From contig OX638149.1 of assembly GCA_951804945.1 (NCBI GenBank), forward strand, positions 87,668,001 to 87,732,000: DNA of 64,000 nucleotides. The letters run 5' to 3'. This document shows, piece after piece, positions 59,993 through 64,000 of the stretch. The number at the start of each line of letters is the position of its first letter. Within the stretch, counting starts at the first letter, position 1. The notes beneath the pieces were generated by a model. That model saw only the letters and a program-made list of their open reading frames with translations. It ran no database searches and was not told the DNA's origin. Made by a program: the position numbers and the translations under genes. The DNA is from Podarcis cretensis. Lineage: Eukaryota.

Positions 59993-62900
59993 TGAGAAAC
60001 TTGTGTGTGTTTATAGGCTTATCACCTTCTGCCTCTATTTAAGTAATCTGGGACAGGTGTTGGCCTAGGAAATTAGAACAATTTTGCAACCAACTTGAAA
60101 GTCCCTACAATTGTCTTTCCTGTTGGTTCAAGTAGCAATTTTCCACAATGGTTGCTGCTGCTGTTGCCACCAACATCTTATGACTTGGTCCAGTAAGTCC
60201 AGGAGGGGCCCTGCATTCAGTCACAGAATTCCTGAATGTTCCATTCACAAGTACTGCAGTAATGTGCTGAGAGCTAGATGTCCCAGCAGGCAGAGCCAGG
60301 CTGGACAATGGTCAGGGATGATGGGAACTGTAGTCAATAACATATGGAGGGCTAAATATTATTATAGAATGAACATGCGAGCAGGATTTGAACCATGGGC
60401 AACAGAAGGGATTAAAGATTATAGTAGTTTTGTTAAGGTTCAAGAGACAGAAGACAGTGCAGCAGAGGGAGAGAAACAGAAACACCAGGGAAAAGTGGGT
60501 AGGAAGTTGGGGGGGGGGAAATGGTTTTATTATGTGTGTGAATTTTTAGAAAACTTCAGAAAAAAAGAACATATGGAGGGCTACAAGTTATCTACCTATG
60601 GCGTAGAGCTATAAGGGAAGTCAGATAGGCTTTTGGATGCATAGGGGTCATCCCCCACTTCATACAGTGAGGGGGCTTTGTAGATAATGCGATGTATGAA
60701 TAGTGGTATAAGTGAATCTGGCAGCATTAGGAAGTGATGCATCAAGTGGCCAAATTGACCCCATTGCAAATATGCACTTAGTGTTCCTTTATATACAGCA
60801 CTGATGATGCACCCGACGTTAGTGTACGAATTGGACACCTCTCAACGTTTTAGGCCAAACCTGCACCATTTAAGATGCAGCCAGCCAAACACAGCCCATC
60901 AACTGCCTACTGCTGCCTCCCAAGTGTTCTGCAGCCTTCCATTTCTCCCATCTCAGGAAGGCAGGAAATACAGATTTCAGTCCTTTGAAGGTTTGCCTTG
61001 GATGGCAGGTGGGCTGGATTCAGCTTGGTGCCTGCCACGTCCTGAAGGCTTGTTTTAGCTCAAGGTCATTTTCCGTTCTCTAGGCAGATGCCCTAACTAT
61101 GCTGCAAATGACAGCTGCTGGGACCATATCCCTGCATCCGCCTGCTCCATCCTTAGATAACATTGCTACGCTATGATAGTTGCTGTAAAATATCAAAAAG
61201 CTTTTTGTTTAATCATTCCCCATTCCTGGCAATTAAAAATATTGAAAAGCTTTATTTAAATTCAATGTTTTATATATATATATATATTGGCTAAATTAAC
61301 TTTATTTTAAACAAAAAACTTGAGTTCAAAATAAAAACCTAAAATGTTCAAAGCTTACAACTAAGTTGCACCAAACACAATGGGCCAATCTAACATTGCA
61401 GTATTAAGAATGTTCTCTGTGCAAGTGTATCAGCTTGCCAGATGGAATGATCCCCCCTCTCTCACTGTTCTGGGGGTTCTCCTGACCACCTCCAGTGCTG
61501 ATTTTTGGAGGCACAGGAAGGGAACCCCATTGCTGAGAACTTCTGTTGAAGCGTTTCACTAGGTAAATCACACCCCCAGAGCTATGTAAGAAAGAAAACC
61601 AAACACAGCTGCCACCTGATACTTCAGGTGCACATCTATGTACAAAACAAATATAAAAACAAAATATTGCATTGATTATTGTGGGCTTCCTACTGGATCC
61701 AGGGTTATCTAAGGCATGAGGAGCCAAGAGATGCCATCCTAATCATCCACTGAGCCATTTTCCAACTGCATGCTATCCAACTATCTGAGCTATGCAATGT
61801 GTTCAGTTTCAAGTTATGAACATATACAACTCTACCACTGAAAGAGCATTGAGAGCTATTGCCCAAGTCCTGAATGAACCTCATCTTGCCCACTATAAGC
61901 CCTTGCTTATGAAATTTTAGAAGGCCCTTGCAGCCCGATACTATCCATGCCCTTTTGTTCAATTCTAAAATTTTACTTTCAGATCAGCGTGCATCAGCCT
62001 TTAAGCAAAACATCTTCCTTAGTATCCATGCATGCGTACAGAGAGAAGAAAAAGAGAGCAAGTCTGGTCTTTCAGCATATAATATTGAGTTGCATGACCA
62101 AAGGATTTGAACTAGGCTTTTAGGTTGCATAAAGGCTCTCTTTCACTGCAAATCAATTGATTTTATTTCTTTTGGCAACCAGATAATGTGCATGCTTGTT
62201 CTGGAAGTGTATGCATTTCAAAATAGAAACTTGATTAAAAAACAAACAACTAGAAAATGTTGTTACCATAAATCATGACTTAAAAATTGCCTGGCGTGAA
62301 GTTAATCCCCCTAGACTAGTCTACACGCTTTGCCATACTACTCCTGAGCAGCACAGGGGGACAGTATGCTAGAATTGCTATTCCCACTCCCAAATGTTGA
62401 GCATTTTCTTAGAGAAATCCAAACTCCTTCCCACCCACAACCATCTGGAAAGGATGAACGTATTGTATGCTCTCCAGAAAAACAAAGAACATGAAAGCAA
62501 AGGACAAGCTGGTTCTATCTGTGACTTTATTGGCTCCCACCAGCTTTCCCACAATGCCCTGCCTTCACATCTTTCCTCCCACAACACTGGAGGTGATAAT
62601 AGCAAAGGCACAGACTGCTGGATGATGCAGTGGCCCCTGCAGAGGGAGGGACTTTAATAATTGCTGCAGAGCATACAGCTGAAGCCCAAGGCTGTAAAAA
62701 ACAAACTTTTTTTTATACATCTGGTAGAAGACAGTGCCTGATCAAAGCATGCATCAGACAGAATAAAGACATCCATGTGGTCACTGAGGTATGGGTGCAG
62801 CTTGGGGCCAGCCAGCTTTGCCAACATGCAGTCTAAGAGAAGCTGGCCGTCTACTGGAAGCAGAGATCTCCCTTCCCTAGCATTACAGGGCAGCCGGTGG

Positions 62901-63615
62901 ACGATCGGTCGGTCAAGGCTGATCTTTGGCAGACGTTCGGAGAAGGGTGCTGGCAGAAAGAGCCTTAGTCAGGAAACACAGAGAAGGGGAGAATCCTGAC
63001 ACGCCTTCTCAGCAGGGAAAGGGATTACATGGAACAGGCCCCAGAGATCTCGTCCTTTGCTCGCTGTGACTATCACGAATCCCACCTCTTCCTGGAGGAC
63101 TTGGGCGTTGCATTGTGCTTCCCATGATTTGAATGTCCCTGCTGTTGCTTCTGACGCAGCAGCAGCGCCAGTATTTGACAGAGAAACTGTGCAAGAGCAG
63201 CTTTAGAAAGACATCTCCCCACCCACAGCTTCCCCTAAACAGATAGGTAGCAAGAGGAAGCCCAGCAGCACCAAGAATAAGGTGGGGAGAAAGCTCTCTA
63301 CAAAGCGTTTAGCACCACCTACTGTCCAGCTTTGGGACTGCCACAGTGGGGGCCTCTCTTTCAAACTCCCCACAGCTGTAGGACCTTCCCCCACACAGCT
63401 GACAGTTTGAGGTTTAGCCCGACTGATGCCAATGCTGCCGGCCACCCCACTCCCCCTTTGCACTGCTGTGGCCTATGCCAGCCACGGCTCTGGTGGAAAG
63501 ACTGGGAACCCTACCCCAGGGCTACCACTTGCTCCATCCAGGGGGAGAAATACTGCCAGCTACCCCAGAAGGTGTCTGATGGTCACAGTGCAAGGTGACA
63601 ACAGCTGTGTATCAA

Positions 63616-63642
63616 TGAGAGAGAGAGAGAGAGAGAGAGAGA
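63616..63642. repeat. (GA)n microsatellite
   Basis: Direct reading. Confidence 0.85.
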
Positions 63643-64000
63643 GGGGACTATGAGGACCAGGCAGGGAGTTCAGCCTTTGGTTCATTGTTAGTAGTCCTGA
63701 GGGAGCGGCAGAAGGAGGTAACCCAGGTGGGGACAGAAGAACCATGGTGACCAGGCACGATCCACGTGCTGATAGCGTCTCATTGTGCTCAGGACAGACA
63801 GCAGTTGGAGGGCTTTGTGCTTCGAGCCTAGGAGGACACAAATATGCTGAGGGTAAGAACAGCCAGAGAGGGCAGCACATCCTTCCCTCCCTGCCCAACA
63901 AGACCGGACTGGCCATTTTCTACCAGAAGAATCTTATACCACCCCACATGCACAAAGCACACTATTTTACATTCTATGATTATATATAAAATGATGATGG

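Noticed and set aside
61240-64000. Possible 3' UTR of a further minus-strand gene (for example ZFAND2B), with AATAAA on - near 61251 and 61301
   Set aside because: No coding exon is recognisable in the window, so it cannot be supported.

Overview
Eukaryotic vertebrate DNA from a squamate reptile, probably a lacertid lizard (a Sauria SINE and squamate-type MITE/L2 repeats are present). Three spliced protein-coding genes were rebuilt by hand with consistent exon phases. (1) ATG9A on +: 13 coding exons in the window (200-11037), first coding exon(s) upstream of the window, and a minor-spliceosome (U12) AT-AC intron at 244-685. (2) ABCB6 on +: 19 coding exons (18180-44027, 894 aa) ending in a long acidic tail built from a 21-bp coding minisatellite. 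(3) A 7-exon gene on - (57300-45918, 544 aa), convergent with ABCB6, that I cannot name. It encodes a signal peptide, a Cys-rich N-terminal region, a basic linker with an RIRR furin-type site, and a C-terminal domain that aligns by eye with the legumain/caspase (clan CD, C13-like) fold. That domain keeps the S1-pocket Arg-His, but the catalytic His and Cys positions read Pro and Ser, and an EF-hand-like loop (DANRNGIADPKE) forms across the exon 5/6 junction. This putative secreted, calcium-binding pseudo-legumain is the main candidate for an undescribed system. Introns and intergenic DNA contain hAT and Tc1/mariner MITEs with intact TSDs, SINEs, L2 fragments, a Penelope-like hairpin and microsatellites. 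All homology statements come from remembered reference sequences, not from searches.
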